In this document: positions 10,944 to 23,011 of the stretch, in pieces
Numbering within the stretch: the first letter of the stretch is position 1
How the letters are laid out: each line of letters begins with the position of its first letter
Assembly: GCA_951406725.2 (NCBI GenBank)
Contig: OX597816.1
Location: 166,470,001 to 166,534,000 of the forward strand
Length of the DNA: 64,000 bases
DNA from: Octopus vulgaris
Taxonomy: Eukaryota
Direction of reading: 5' to 3'
Notes under the pieces: generated by a model
Database searches by the model: none
Told to the model about the DNA's origin: nothing
Seen by the model: only the letters and a program-made list of their open reading frames with translations
Position numbers and translations under genes: made by a program

Positions 10944-11474
10944 GGATCCAGGTGGGTTGATGGCTCATGTGGTCAACCACATGCCACTGGCACCAGTGAA
11001 GTCACTAACTCAAAATTCCTGTTGGATGAGATTCCTCAACTGAGTTGGGATGTAATATCGAGGGTGGAGGCTTTGTGCCAGGGGCTGAGAGGCTAAAGTA
11101 TAAAGGGAAGGGATGTGTCTTGTAGAGGAGATACATGGTAACCCCAGCAGAGAAGGGAGAAAAGCTGGTGGGGATGAAGTACTAGGACATACTATCATAC
11201 AAGAAGAAGATGGATTAAGAGAGAACAGGGACAAGGGATCAAGGGTAGGCAGATGGGTAAGTTCACAAGACTGGGAAAGGAGAGTGACAGACGGTAGAGA
11301 TGAGGAAAGAAGTGAATAGAGTGAGTGGTGAATGTGGGTGGAGGTGTGGTGATTCCCAGGGTGGGGTGGAGGGATATGTGGCAATACATAAAAGGTGGGG
11401 TGGGGTACAGAGAACAGTATAAGAAAACCAAAGTCTTCATAGAAAAGTTTATTCATTTCTCTTCTATTTTCCAG

Positions 11475-11738
11475 AGGGTTTTAAAACCTGTGAATGTGGT
11501 CGATCCGTTGATGGCAACCAGTGTTGATATGACAGTTAGTACTAATAATTCGGATGGTGGCAACCATTCTAATACCAGTGCTGGAGAAACTTTGAGTGGT
11601 TCTGTGATACCATCTTCCATTTCCCACCTTGATTTAATCAATGGACCAAAATGTTGGAGAGATTCTTGTAATGAAGAAAAGAAATATTTCCAACGAGAAA
11701 TTGATTCATTAAGATCCCAGCTAGATGTTCAAGTACAG
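11475..11738 (+). CDS. BLZF1: Golgin-45 coding exon 2 (RVLKP...LRSQLDVQVQ, 88 codons)
   Basis: Acceptor TTTTCCAG ending 11474; donor CAG|GTAAGA at 11739. Ends in the coiled coil leading into the conserved QxxVNxELKKLL motif. Confidence 0.88.
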
Positions 11739-13240
11739 GTAAGAAAGAATTTCATTTGCTAATCATCACTTTAATTCTCTGTAATTAAATTAATCAACAT
11801 CAAAATAAAAATTCAAATGGAAATTGTAGTTAACAGACCCGTGCCGGTGACACGTAAAAAGCATCGTCCGAACGTGGCAGATACTAGCGCCACCTGACTG
11901 GCGTCCGTGTCGGTGAAACGTAAAAGCACCAACCGATCATGGCCGTTTGCCAGCCTGCTCCGGCCCCTGTGCTGGTGGCTCGTAAAAAGCAGCCACTACA
12001 CTCACAGAGTGGTTGGTGTTAGGAAGAGCATCCAGCTGTAGAAACACTGCCAGATCAGACTGGAGCCTGGTGCAGCCTTCTGGCTTCCCAGATCCCGGTC
12101 GAACCGTCCAACCCATGCTAGCATGGAAAACGGACGTTAAACGATGATGATGATGATGATATTTGATGTATGTAGGCATAGGTGTGATTGTGTGGTTAAG
12201 AAGTTTATTTCCCATGCACATGGTTCTTGGTTCATTCTCACTGCATGGCATCTTTGACAAGTGTCTTCTGTAAATCTTGGCTGACCAAAGCCTTGTGAGT
12301 GAATTTGATAGACAGAAACTGAGTGAGAGAAACCAGTCATATGTGTGTGTTATCATTATCATCATCATTTAATGTCTGTTTTCCCTGTTGGCATGAGTTG
12401 GATGGTTTGCCAGGAGCTGACCAGACTCCAGTTGTCTGTTTTGCTATGGTTTCTACAGCTGGATGCCCTTCTTAATGCAGACCACTTAACAATGTGTACT
12501 GTGTGTGTGTGTGTTATCATCATCTTCATCGTCATCGTTTAATGTCTATTTTCCATGCTGGTATGGGTTGGATGGTTTGAAAGAAGCTGGCCAGCTGGGA
12601 GCTGTCCAGACTCCAGTTGTCTGTTGTGGTTTCTACAACTGGATGCCTTTCCTACAGAGTGTGCTGGTTGCTTGTATACCTATGTATATATGTGTGTTTG
12701 TGTGTCTCTTTGTCTTGATACTGTGTGGTTGTTATAAATGAGTCACATAGTGTCATTAATTTCTAATATTCTGTGGAAACTTGTCTGATCATGGGGAAAT
12801 ATTCCATTCATCGTTTGTTCTCAAGCACATTGGTCAGCAAGTTGATGCCACTGGTTTCTGCATCCAGCCATGCAAGATTGGCTTCTCTCATGTCAGTTAT
12901 GGATGCTCTGCATCACATAGCTTTCAGTTTTCTTCTGGACATTAATGGTGTCTGTTTGAAATTCATGACTGTTGGCAACAGTAGAATATATGCCTCAATA
13001 AACAGCCTAACCCCAATGGAAAAGTGGATGTTAAAACAATGACGATGAGGCGGAGGACAGCAGTGATGATGATCCTAGTTTACTTCTTAATTGCTATCTG
13101 TATATTAACACAAACTTAACTACTGCTGGTGATGATGCTATATAAAAAGCACCAATTTCATTCTGTAAAGTGGTTGATGTCAGGAAGGGCATCCAACTGT
13201 AGAAACCATGTGAAAACAGACTATGGAACCTGGTATAGTC

Positions 13241-13370
13241 CCTGGCTTTGCCAGCCCATGGCCTTGCTAGCTCCTGGCCTTGCCAGCTCTGGGCTTTGCC
13301 AGCTCCAGGCTTTGCCAGTTCCTGGCCTTGCCAGCCCTTGGCCTTGCCAACTCCTGGCCTTGCCAGCTCC
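13241..13370. repeat. Minisatellite, 8 x 16 bp (CCTGGCCTTGCCAGCT)
   Basis: Units read directly; local expansion inside a family B SINE. Confidence 0.9.
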
Positions 13371-14392
13371 TGTCTAACCATCCAACCCACACTAGCATGG
13401 AAGTAGACATTAAATTTTGAAACCATGGCTGCCAAAGTCAATATAGCACCATCTTGCTGCTGGCTGACTTCTTGCAGTTGTACTTAATCCATCTAACAGA
13501 TAATCAATGGTGTGTGTTAACTATCCATAATTAAATCACTTCCCAATCACATGGTTTTAGGTTCAATCCTCACTTCTACATCTTGGGCAAGTGTCTTTTA
13601 CTGTAGCCGCTAGCTGACTAAAGACTTGTGTGTGAATTTAGTTGACGGAAACTAAACGAAGCCCATCGGTATATGTCATCATCATCGTTTTAGCATCCAC
13701 TTTTCCATGCTTGCATGGGTCAGACGATTGTTGAGACAGATTTTCTGTAGCCGGATGCTTTCCCTGTCACCAACCCTCACCTGTCCCGAGCAAAGTAATA
13801 CTTTTCCATGCCCAGACACGTTTACACAAAAGATTGGAAATGAACGACTTATTTATAACAGTCATATCAAGACAAGGACACACATACACATGCATGTGTG
13901 TCCGTTTATGTTCAAATTATACAGTCGCAAGCTATAAGTGGTGGGAGTTCATTATCATCATTTAACGTCCGTTACCCACGCTGGCATGGTTTGGACGGTT
14001 TTAAGTGAACCTGGCAAGTCAGAGGACTTTGCCAAGCTCTAGTGTTTGTTTTGGTATGGTTTCTAAAACTGGATACCCTTCGTGTGTGTCAACAAGGGCA
14101 TGCCTAGAAAGTCAGAAAACAGCACAGCTCCCTTGACTTTCGGAAACAGTTTTTCACACTGGAACAAACTGCCTGCATCAGTTGTTAGTTGCCGAGACAT
14201 TGCATCCTTTAAAACCTCCATGCTTCCTGAAATTCGCCAACACTGCACCTGATATCCCTCCCTCTTCCATACACATGCACACATGTATATCATGACTCTT
14301 ACACTGTTCACTTTCCTGACTTTTGTACATAATTCTATATACTGTACATGCACCTTTTTTGAGTTGTAGTGCACCTCAACACTGTACACAGT

Positions 14393-14633
14393 AATTTCAT
14401 TATCATTATTTACATTCGACGGATATTTGTCCTCATCTTGTTTGTTGTTAACACAACGTTTCGGCTGATATACCCTCCAGCCTTCTTCAGGTGTCTTGGG
14501 GAAATTTCGAACCTGGGTATATCAGCCGAAACGTTGTGTTAACAAACAAGATTAGGACAAATATCCGTCGAATGTAAATAATGTACATAATTCCTCATCT
14601 CTTAAATATAGAACTGAATTTCATTATCATTAT
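14393..14633. mobile_element. Penelope-like non-autonomous insertion with inverted arms and 17-bp TSD
   Basis: AATTTCATTATCATTAT at 14393-14409 and 14617-14633; inverted repeat spanning 14404-14583; inserted in the tail of a CR1 fragment. Confidence 0.8.
14450..14495 (-). ncRNA. Minimal type I hammerhead ribozyme (Penelope type)
   Basis: Minus strand: GACAC-CUGAAGA-A-GGCUG(GAGGGUAUAU)CAGCC-GAA-ACGU-U-GUGUU. Confidence 0.78.
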
Positions 14634-15869
14634 AAATCCTTTATTCGCTTCGTTCCTGTGACAAGTGAGAGATTCTTTTCTTGAAAAACAGTTAAGGGAT
14701 GGTACCAGAAAGGGCATCTGGTTGCAAATAATGTAACTTGTCTAATTTTCCATTTTAGTATGGAATAACGAACGAACAACAACAAAACGAAGAGCCATCT
14801 AGTTGGTGAATTGCTAGATTTGTTAGAACTTAGGATAGAATAGCATGGAATATTTGTTTCAATTCTCTGCACTTTGAGCTCAGATCCTACCGCGGTTAAT
14901 TTTTGCCTTTTATCCTTTTGATATCAATAAATAGATATTCATCCCGGGTAGGGCTGGGGGATGGAGGAAACATTAACTAAACCAGACACGATTGAAATGA
15001 AAATGAATTAAAACACGGAGTTATTTCCCTTTAAATGACAAAAATACGCGAAGATTGATTGTTGCCTTTCTTCCTTTTGGAGCCTTTATCGTAGACACAT
15101 CAAACAAAATGCTTAGCGGCATTTCTTCTGGCTCTTTGCGTTTTGATTTCAAATCCTGCCAAAGTCAACTTTGCCTTTCATCCTTTCAGGGTCGATAAAA
15201 TAAAGTGCAAGTGAAGTACTGAGGCAGATATAATCGATTGTTCCAGCCACACGAAATTGCTGGCCTTGTGCCAAAATGTGACCCAATAGCAGTTTGTGTG
15301 TGTGTGTAGCGTGGAGATTGCTATGTGAATATAAAGGTTCTGAGGTCACCACCACCTTAACGTTGTCTGTTGGTTATTAGTTCGACAAAAGTTGTTTTCA
15401 CGTCGGGTTGACTCCATGGTTGTTGGCTGATGTCGGCGATGGTAGTTGTTGATAGCAGTTAATGGCAGACAGATGTCGCCGTCTGTGTTCGTGTGTTCGA
15501 CGTCTGTTAGATAGCAGTGATAGACAACAACTCAACTTTAAGATTATAAAGTTTTATTGTAGCGATAGGTTTCATCCATGACTTTAGGGAACAGTTTTTC
15601 ACTCTAAGAGTTGCTGAAGCATGGAACAAACTGCCGGCATCAGTTGTTAGTTGTCAGAGCACTGCATCCTTCAAAACTTCCATGCTTCCTGAGATTCGCC
15701 AACACTACACCTGATTTTCTCCCCTCCATACATACGCAAACATGTATCTGACTCATACACTGTTCGCTTTCCAGACATTTATACATTACTGCATATGCTT
15801 TATACGCACTTTCGACAAGTTGTGGTGCACCAGAGCATTGTATACAATAATTTCATTATTATTATTATT

Positions 15870-15969
15870 ATCTGAATCCATCAAGTGGTTGTTGAGATAT
15901 CTTGTCCACGGACAAAAAAACAAACATGACTGAAAACAATACCTCCGCCTTCGCCAAGGTGGAGGTAAT
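15870..15969 (-). mobile_element. DINE-1/Helentron-like element end
   Basis: Minus strand ATTACCTCCACCTTGGCGAAGGCGGAGGTATTG subterminal inverted repeat, followed by a GTTT/GTCC tract. Confidence 0.5.
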
Positions 15970-16645
15970 AACCCTTTCTACTAAAGGCACGAGGCCTGAA
16001 ATTTGGTGGATGGGGACTAGTCGATTACATCGACCCCCAGTCTTTCACTGATACTTAATTTATTGAAAGGTGGCAAGCTGGCAGAAACGTTAGCAAGCCA
16101 GGGAAAATGCTTAGTGGTATTTTGTCTGTCTATTCGTTCTGAGTTCAAATTCTGCCCAGGTTGACTTTGCCTTTCATCCTTTTGAGGTCGATAAGTTAAG
16201 TACTAGTTACATACTGGAGTCGATCTAATCGACTGGCCTATTGCCCCCCCCCCAAAAAAAAATGGGGCCTTGTGCCTAGAGTAGGAAAGGGATGAAAGGC
16301 AAAGTCGACCTCGGCGGAATTTAACAATAATAATAATCTTTTCTATTATAGGCACAAAGCCTGAAATCTGGGAGAAGGGGATAGTCGATTTCATCGACCC
16401 TAGTACACAACTGGTGCTTAATTTATCGACCCGGAAAGGATGAAAGGCAAATTTGACCTCGGTAGAATTTAATAATAATAATAAGAATAAGAATAATGAG
16501 CTTATCTTATACAATACTTAAAAGAGGGGAGAGAAAGCAGTCATATAAGTCTTGTAGAGAAAAACAGCAATGAAAGCTAGAAGTACATCTGCTACACAAA
16601 ATAAAACACAGGAAATGAAGATTAAAAGTGTTATATATAGCAGAA

Positions 16646-16880
16646 AGGCGATGAACTGGCAGAAACGTTAGCACGCCGGGCGAAATGCGTAGCCGTATTT
16701 CGTCTGCTGTTACGTTCTGAGTTCAAATTCTACCAAGGTCGACTTTGCCTTTCGTCCTTTCGAGGTCGATAAATAAAGTACCAGTTACGCACTGGGGTCG
16801 ATGTAATCGATTTAATCCCTTTGTCTGTCCTTAATTGTCCCCTCTATGTTTAGCTCTTTATGGGCAATAAAGAAATAAGA
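16646..16880 (+). mobile_element. tRNA-derived Meta-domain SINE (family C), representative copy
   Basis: GGCGATGAACTGGCAGAA..GAGTTCAAATTC..GTCGACTTTGCCTTTC(A/G)TCCTTTCG(A/G)GGTCGATAAA. Other copies near 5425-5622, 15095-15280, 15975-16480, 18605-18802, 29290-29515, 31240-31595, 37483-37705, 45297-45665, 63008-63145. Confidence 0.8.
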
Positions 16881-17077
16881 AAGAGTGTATAGTCACATTA
16901 GTTGTAGCATTGAGGGATTTCAAGGAAGCATGCAATTTTTTGAAGAATGCATTGTCATGACAGCTAACAACTGATGTGGTTAGTTTATTCTATCTTGCAT
17001 GACCACTTCTCCAGATATTTTTAATTAAACTTACAACATTGCACAGTTGTATTTCATTTCTATAATTTTATTGTCAG

Positions 17078-17154
17078 GTGAATAGTGAATTAAAGAAATT
17101 GCTGGTTGCCTCCCTTGGTGAAGATTTACAATATCGAGTGGAGAAGCTGCTGAG
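17078..17154 (+). CDS. BLZF1: Golgin-45 coding exon 3 (VNSELKKLLVASLGEDLQYRVEKLL)
   Basis: TTGTCAG acceptor, GAG|GTAAGT donor. Matches the recalled human golgin-45 segment VNRELKKLLVASVGDDLQY. Confidence 0.95.
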
Positions 17155-17189
17155 GTAAGTTTGTTTTTTTTCATTTTATTTACTCTTAA

Positions 17190-17580
17190 TCATCATCATC
17201 ATCATCATCATTTAGCGTCCGTTTTCCATGCTAGCATGGGTTGGACGGTTCTACTGGGGTCTGTGAAGCCAGAAGGCTTCATCAGGCCCAGTCAAATCTG
17301 GCAGTGTTTCTACGGCTGGATGCCCTTCCTAACGCCAACCACTCCGAGAGTGTAGTGGGTGCTTTTTACGTGCCACCCACACAGGTGCCAGACAGAGCTG
17401 GCAAACGGCCACGAACGGATGGTGCTTTTTATGTGCCACCGGCACGAGGGCCAGGCGAGGCTGGCAACGGACACGAAACGGGGCGGTGCTGACAACAGTC
17501 GCGAAACGGAAGGTTCTCTTACATGCCACCGGCACTGGTAACACATCTGCAATTTCCATTGATCGATTTCGATTCTGATG
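17190..17580 (-). mobile_element. Family B SINE, CpG-rich (young) copy
   Basis: Near-identical reverse complement of part of 39066-39497. Confidence 0.85.
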
Positions 17581-17671
17581 TTGATCGATATTTTGAGTCG
17601 TCTGTCTATATAGTAGAACTCTATTTAAATTTGTCATCCTAATAAATATACAGCTTCCTGTTTAAAGCCCA

Positions 17672-18280
17672 TTAGGCCTATCTTGCACAGGATATTGACC
17701 TCCTGGAATCTGTTCAGAGACGTGCAACCAAGCGATTACCCTCCTTCAGGTATCTACCCTACTCTGAACGCCCTGCTTCCCTGGGCATAGATACATTGAA
17801 GCTCCGACGTCTAGCAACTGACTTGGTAAAGACCCACAAAATTATTAACCATCGTGCCAACAACCACCATGAGCACCTTTTTGAGCTCCATGTGTCTAAC
17901 ACACATGTAGGCATGCCTACAAAGTCAGAAAACAGCACAGCTCCTATCATCATCATCATTTAACGTCCGCTTTCCGACTTTCAGAAACATTTTATCACAC
18001 TCAGAGTTGCTGAAGCATGGAACAAACTACCTGCATCAGTTGTTAGTTGCCGAGACATTGCATCCTTTAAAACCTCCATGCTTCCTGAAATTCGCCAACA
18101 CTACACCTGATATCACTCTCCGCCCCCAATACACATGAACATATGTATAACATGACTCATACACTGTTCACTTTCCTGACTTTTGTACATAATTCTATGT
18201 ACTGTAAGTGCACCTTTAATGAACTGTAGTGCACCTGAGCACTGTACACAATAATCTCATTATTATTATTATTATTATTA
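17672..18280 (+). mobile_element. CR1-clade LINE 3' fragment with (TTA)n tail
   Basis: YLAQDIDLLESVQRRATKR..YSER..LKLRRLATDLVKTHKII. Shorter 3' copies at ~14080-14400 and ~15590-15870. Confidence 0.85.
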
Positions 18281-18839
18281 TGAGTAGAATGAGATATGGA
18301 TTCAGAGAACTGGGGGCATCTCTTGTGACCTTGGCTATCAAGTTCACATACTAATCAAGTACAAAGTAATGTAACGTTAGCCTATGGAAGTCAGGTGGAG
18401 AAGACTCATTAAGCCAGGTGAAGCCATAGTCACTTTCCTGATTGGCACCTTAGTTACCTTCAGCAGATTCCACAGAATGGCCTGGCTTGAATGTTTGCAA
18501 CAGCGATATCTTCTGGCTTGAGAATACCTTCCTCCCTCCCTTTCACCTGTCTCAGAAGCCCCATACATAGCATGGACACAACCCTTTCTCCTAATTTATT
18601 TCATTATTGCCCAAACAAGGACAGACAAAGGGATTAAATCGATTACATCGACCCCAGTGCGTAACTGGTACTTATTTAATCGACCCTGAAAGGATGAAAG
18701 GCAAAGTCGACCTTGGTGGAATTTGAACTCAGAATGTAACGGAAGACGAAATACCGCTGAGCATTTCGCCTGGCATGCTAACGATTCTGCCAGCTCACCA
18801 CCCCTTCTCCTAATTACAAGATGAAATTATTAGTAATAA

Positions 18840-19400
18840 TAACCCTGATACAATGCGAGATAATGGCTCTCGTGGCTTCTGATCTTAACTGATTGGAAGT
18901 GTTATCATGTACATGTTTTGTTTTTGTATAAAAGCTGGGCAACAGCAAATATTTTGCCCAATACCACAGACTTGCTTGTCAGTTGTTTGACCCTAATTGC
19001 TTGAGCATGTTCCTTAGTGGTTGACGATATGTGCATCTCTGATCACAAGCAGAAGTAGTAGGGGAGCATCATAGCGGTGTGTTGAGAGGGATTCTTTGAG
19101 GTCTGAATACTTCACCTCTGGAAACATGGGTGTTTCATTCATCATCCTTAACCTTATTCTGGAACTTTTTGAGTGGGATGGGCTACTCAACCTGAAGAAA
19201 ATTCTAACTGGGGCCCAACTGAAAAGTCATGCGTTGTTTATTTTGATATAAAGTCACTATGTCGCATACATATGATTGTGATGCATGGCCTCGTATACTC
19301 TTATCAGACAGGTACTCATGATGGGTATATTAGGCATTGTATATTTGTACCCCAGCATCACTTTGGTGTGTATTGCTGTCTCACTCAATAATAATGATAA
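18840..19400 (+). repeat. ~550-bp interspersed repeat bounded by TAA repeats
   Basis: A second copy begins at ~63592 directly after (TAA)n and runs off the window. Confidence 0.8.
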
Positions 19401-20100
19401 TAACCCTTTCTACTAAAGGGACAAGGCCTGAAGTTTGTGGGAGGGGACTAGTCGATTACATTGACCCCAGAGTTTCACTGGTACTTAATTTATCAATTCC
19501 ACAAGGATGAAAGGCAAAGTTGATCTTGGTGGCATTTGAACTCAGAACATAATGGCAAACGAGATACCGCTAAGCATTTTGTCCCATGTGCTAACAATTT
19601 TGCCAGCTTGCCACCTTAATAATAATAGTTATAATAATAATGATGGTTTCAAATTTTGGCTCAAGGCCAGTAATTTCAGGGAAGGGAGTAAGTCAATTAC
19701 ATCAACCCCAGTACTCGACTGGTAGTTATTTTATCGACCCTGAGAAAATGAAAGGTAAAGTCAACCTCAACAGAATATGAACTTAGAACAGAAACGCAAA
19801 GGTAAATGAAATGCTGTTAAGCATTTTGCCCAACATACTAACAATTCTGCCAGCTCACTGCCTTTATAATTATAATAATCCTTGCTATTCGAGGCACAAA
19901 GCCTGAAATTTGGCAAGAGGGGACTAGTCAATTACATCGACCCCAGTTTTCGACTGCTACTTAATTTATCAACCCTGAAAGGATGAAAGGCAAAGTTGAC
20001 CTCAGCAGAATTTGAACTCGGAATGAAGCAACAGGCGAAAATACTGCTAAGCATTTTATCCACTGCCCTAACAATTTTGTCAGCTCGCTGCTGCCTTAAT
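19400..20100 (-). mobile_element. Three tandem family C SINEs separated by TAA repeats
   Basis: Three head-to-tail ~215-bp copies just upstream of coding exon 4. Confidence 0.8.
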
Positions 20101-20161
20101 AATGATAATAATAAAAGATAAATTTATCCAATTATATTTGTTTGTCTTCATATTTTTACAG

Positions 20162-20284
20162 GGATAAAGCTCAGTTATCTTTGGAAGTCGGTGGTTATAC
20201 AAAGAAAGTTTCAGAAGATTATGAAAACCTTGACCGATTGTCCATTCAAGCTGACATTTGGAGAAGCAAATTTATGGCCAGCAG
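20162..20284 (+). CDS. BLZF1: Golgin-45 coding exon 4 (DKAQLSLE...RLSIQADIWRSKFMAS)
   Basis: TTTTTACAG acceptor, CAG|GTAAAT donor, phase 2-2. Matches the recalled human RMSIQCDVWRSKFLASR. Confidence 0.95.
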
Positions 20285-21239
20285 GTAAATTACTTCCACA
20301 ATAAATTTGATTTAACTGTTTGTCAAACATTTAAACCAGATTTTCTCAAAACAACTTGTCCAACCGTCCCATAGGCCTCCCCTTTTAGAAACACTGATTT
20401 AACCTAAATTTGAGACACCAACATAAGAAGAAATAAAGATAGACTTTTTTTCTATTCCAAGAAAAACGATTTTACAAATCCATGTTCCCACGGCTTTATT
20501 GATCGCATTTTCACCTAGAATCGATTTTTGTAATTTTTTCAAGATTTATATACGCCCTGATATCGTCTGTATCTACGTATAAAATTTGAGTGCAACTGGA
20601 TGGAGGATGCCCAAGATCCTAGAAGACGCACACACAGACAGACAGAATGGATTTTATATAATAGATATATATATGTGTGGATGTTTTTTCTCACTTCACA
20701 TTAAATCTATTGAGCTAACAAAGCTAGTTTATTGACATGCTCTGCTAACAAAACTGTTATCTAGCTCTGTGCTTTTGAAGGTATCATCATCATCATTTAA
20801 CGTCCGTTCTCCATGCTAGCATGGGTTGGACGGTTCGACCGGGGATCTGGGAAGCCAGAAGGCTGCACCAGGCTCCAGTCTGATCTGGCAGTGTTTCTAC
20901 AGCTGGATGCCCTTCCTAACGCCAATGGATACCCTTCCTAACGCTAAGGTGGATTTAAAAGAAAATATAATCTCTTACTTGAAAAACAGGTAAATGTGAG
21001 CAACAAGAAGTTTATGTTTCCAGTTAAATAAACAATAAAAAATTATACTCAGTTTAGTGTGATTTCTGTGAACAGAACATGTATCACATAAAAATTGTTT
21101 TTTGTTGATTATTCAGTAACTACATCACAATCACTATAAAACCACATTACTCTAGGGTTCCCCTTCTAAACACCATGTTTATTGTACTGTTTTGAAATAT
21201 AGATACCATATAAAATACCTTTGTATTTTCTCCCATTAG

Positions 21240-21368
21240 AGTTCTAATTGATGAACTGGCCAAAGGGAGAGGATTGTTATCTTCCCAATATCAAGAATCT
21301 CAAGATGCCATTCAAAGGTTGTTAAACGAGCGACATGAATTACAGTCTCACCTCATGGAATCTTACAA
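21240..21368 (+). CDS. BLZF1: Golgin-45 coding exon 5 (VLIDELAKGR...DAIQRLLNERHELQSHLMESY)
   Basis: CCCATTAG acceptor, CAA|GTAAGT donor, phase 2-2. Resembles the recalled human VMADEL...AIQDLLSERE. Confidence 0.93.
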
Positions 21369-21581
21369 GTAAGTCAAAGAAACATTTATTAATTTCGATG
21401 TTTTAAACTGTAAAAGTCAAGTGGCTACATGGAATAAGTTGTTAGACTGCTATTATATCAGTCAAGGGTTCAAATTACTGGCAAATATTTCATTGTGCTT
21501 TTAAACAAACTTTTAATTAAAGTATTAAATTTGTGATAATAAATCTCTGAACAAGGTATAAACAGTAACTGCATGACAGTG

Positions 21582-21983
21582 TGAAGTATATTTGCCATCT
21601 AAATGTGCCTAACCACTAAGGGTGGATGTTACTGTAGCTTGTAGCCCCAGGAGAACATCTTCTCCAGCTGGCTATTGACACACTTTCTGTGCCCTATCGG
21701 TATTTGCAAAGGGAAGTCATCCTTCCTATCATCGACCTGACATGATACGCACGGACCCAGGTTTCTGGATATTTACCCATCATCAGCGCACGACAATCAC
21801 CGGTCTTCAATGCGAAGGGGTCCCAATGCAAATACATATATCCTTTTTCTAGTGACTTTTCGTCATACTGATAGGGCACAGAAAGCGTGTCAATAGCCAG
21901 CTGGAGATGTTCTCCTGGGGCTACAAGCTACAGTAACATCCACCCTTAATGGGTAGCCACATTTAGATGGCAAATATACTTCA
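21582..21983. mobile_element. Foldback element with ~120-bp inverted arms and central hammerhead
   Basis: TGAAGTATATTTGCCATCTAAATGTG... paired with ...CACATTTAGATGGCAAATATACTTCA. A single-arm relative lies at ~1658-1808. Confidence 0.85.
21748..21792 (-). ncRNA. Type I hammerhead ribozyme in the loop of a 402-bp foldback element
   Basis: Minus strand: CGUGCG-CUGAUGA-UGGG(UAAAUA)UCCA-GAA-ACCUGGGU-C-CGUGCG. Stem I has 6 bp with two G-U pairs; U10.1-A11.1; GUC triplet. Confidence 0.75.
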
Positions 21984-22145
21984 TATTAAATTTGTAATTT
22001 AAGCAGAACTAGAGAAAGCTAAATCATGGATAATCCTTTTGTGACCAACTTGCCAGAGACTACTTTTGATTTTTGGGTACAAGCTTCTTATTTTAACCCT
22101 TTAGCGTTCTGATTATTCTACCAAATCTAATACTTATTTATTCAC

Positions 22146-22310
22146 TGATACAGAAGCAATTTATTCTCAAACGCATGATAATGCTAATACAATTGCATGA
22201 ACAGGATAAACTATCCGTATATTGCAGAAAAATTTGTTAGCGGCCATGAGAATAAATTATTTCTGTATCTTTCAATACATCTCAATGTTTCTAAAGCAAA
22301 CTTTGTTTGT
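22146..22310 (+). mobile_element. Small inverted-repeat element with tail (copy 1)
   Basis: GATACAGAAGCAATTTATTCTCA paired with TGAGAATAAATTATTTCTGTATC, then TTTCAATACATCTCAATG.. tail. Second copy at 53748-53930. Confidence 0.7.
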
Positions 22311-22633
22311 TTAATTTCATCGTAAGTTCATCATCATCATCATCATCGTTTAACGTCCGCTTTCCATGCTAACATGGGTTGGACGGTTCAACTGGGGTCT
22401 GAGAAGCCAGGAGGCTGCACCAGGCCCAGTCTGATCTGGCAGTGTTTCTACAGCTGAATGCCCTTCCTAATGCCAACCACTCCGTGAGTTAGTGGGTGCT
22501 TTTTACATGTCACCAGCACAGGTGCCAGACGTGGTTGGCAACAGCCACGATCGGTTGATTTATTTATTCATGTTATTTCAAATTAATCATGCATTATCTC
22601 ATAGCTTTGAGTTTTTGATGATGTAATTGTTTA

Positions 22634-23011
22634 TACTCTTTACTCTTTACTCTTTTACTTGTTTCAGTCATTTGACTGCGGCCATGCTGGGGCACCGCCT
22701 TTAGTCGAGCAAATCGACCCCGGGACTTATTCTTTGTAAGCCCAGTACTTATTCTATCGGACTCTTTTGCCAAACCGCTAAGTGACGGGGACGTAAACAC
22801 ACCACCATATGCAGACAAACACAGACACACACATATATATACATATATACGACAGGCTTCTTTCAGTTTCCGTCTACCAAATCCACTCACAAGGCATTGG
22901 TCGGCCCGGGGCTGTAGCAGAAGACACTTGCCCAAGATGCCACGCAGTGGGACTGAACCCGGAACCATGTGGTTGGTTAGCAAGCTACTTACCACACAGC
23001 CACTCCTGCGC
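22634..23011 (-). mobile_element. Family A SINE, near full length
   Basis: Minus strand begins GGCGCAGGAGTGGCTGTGTGGTAAG and ends with an (AGAGTAA)n tail. Confidence 0.88.
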
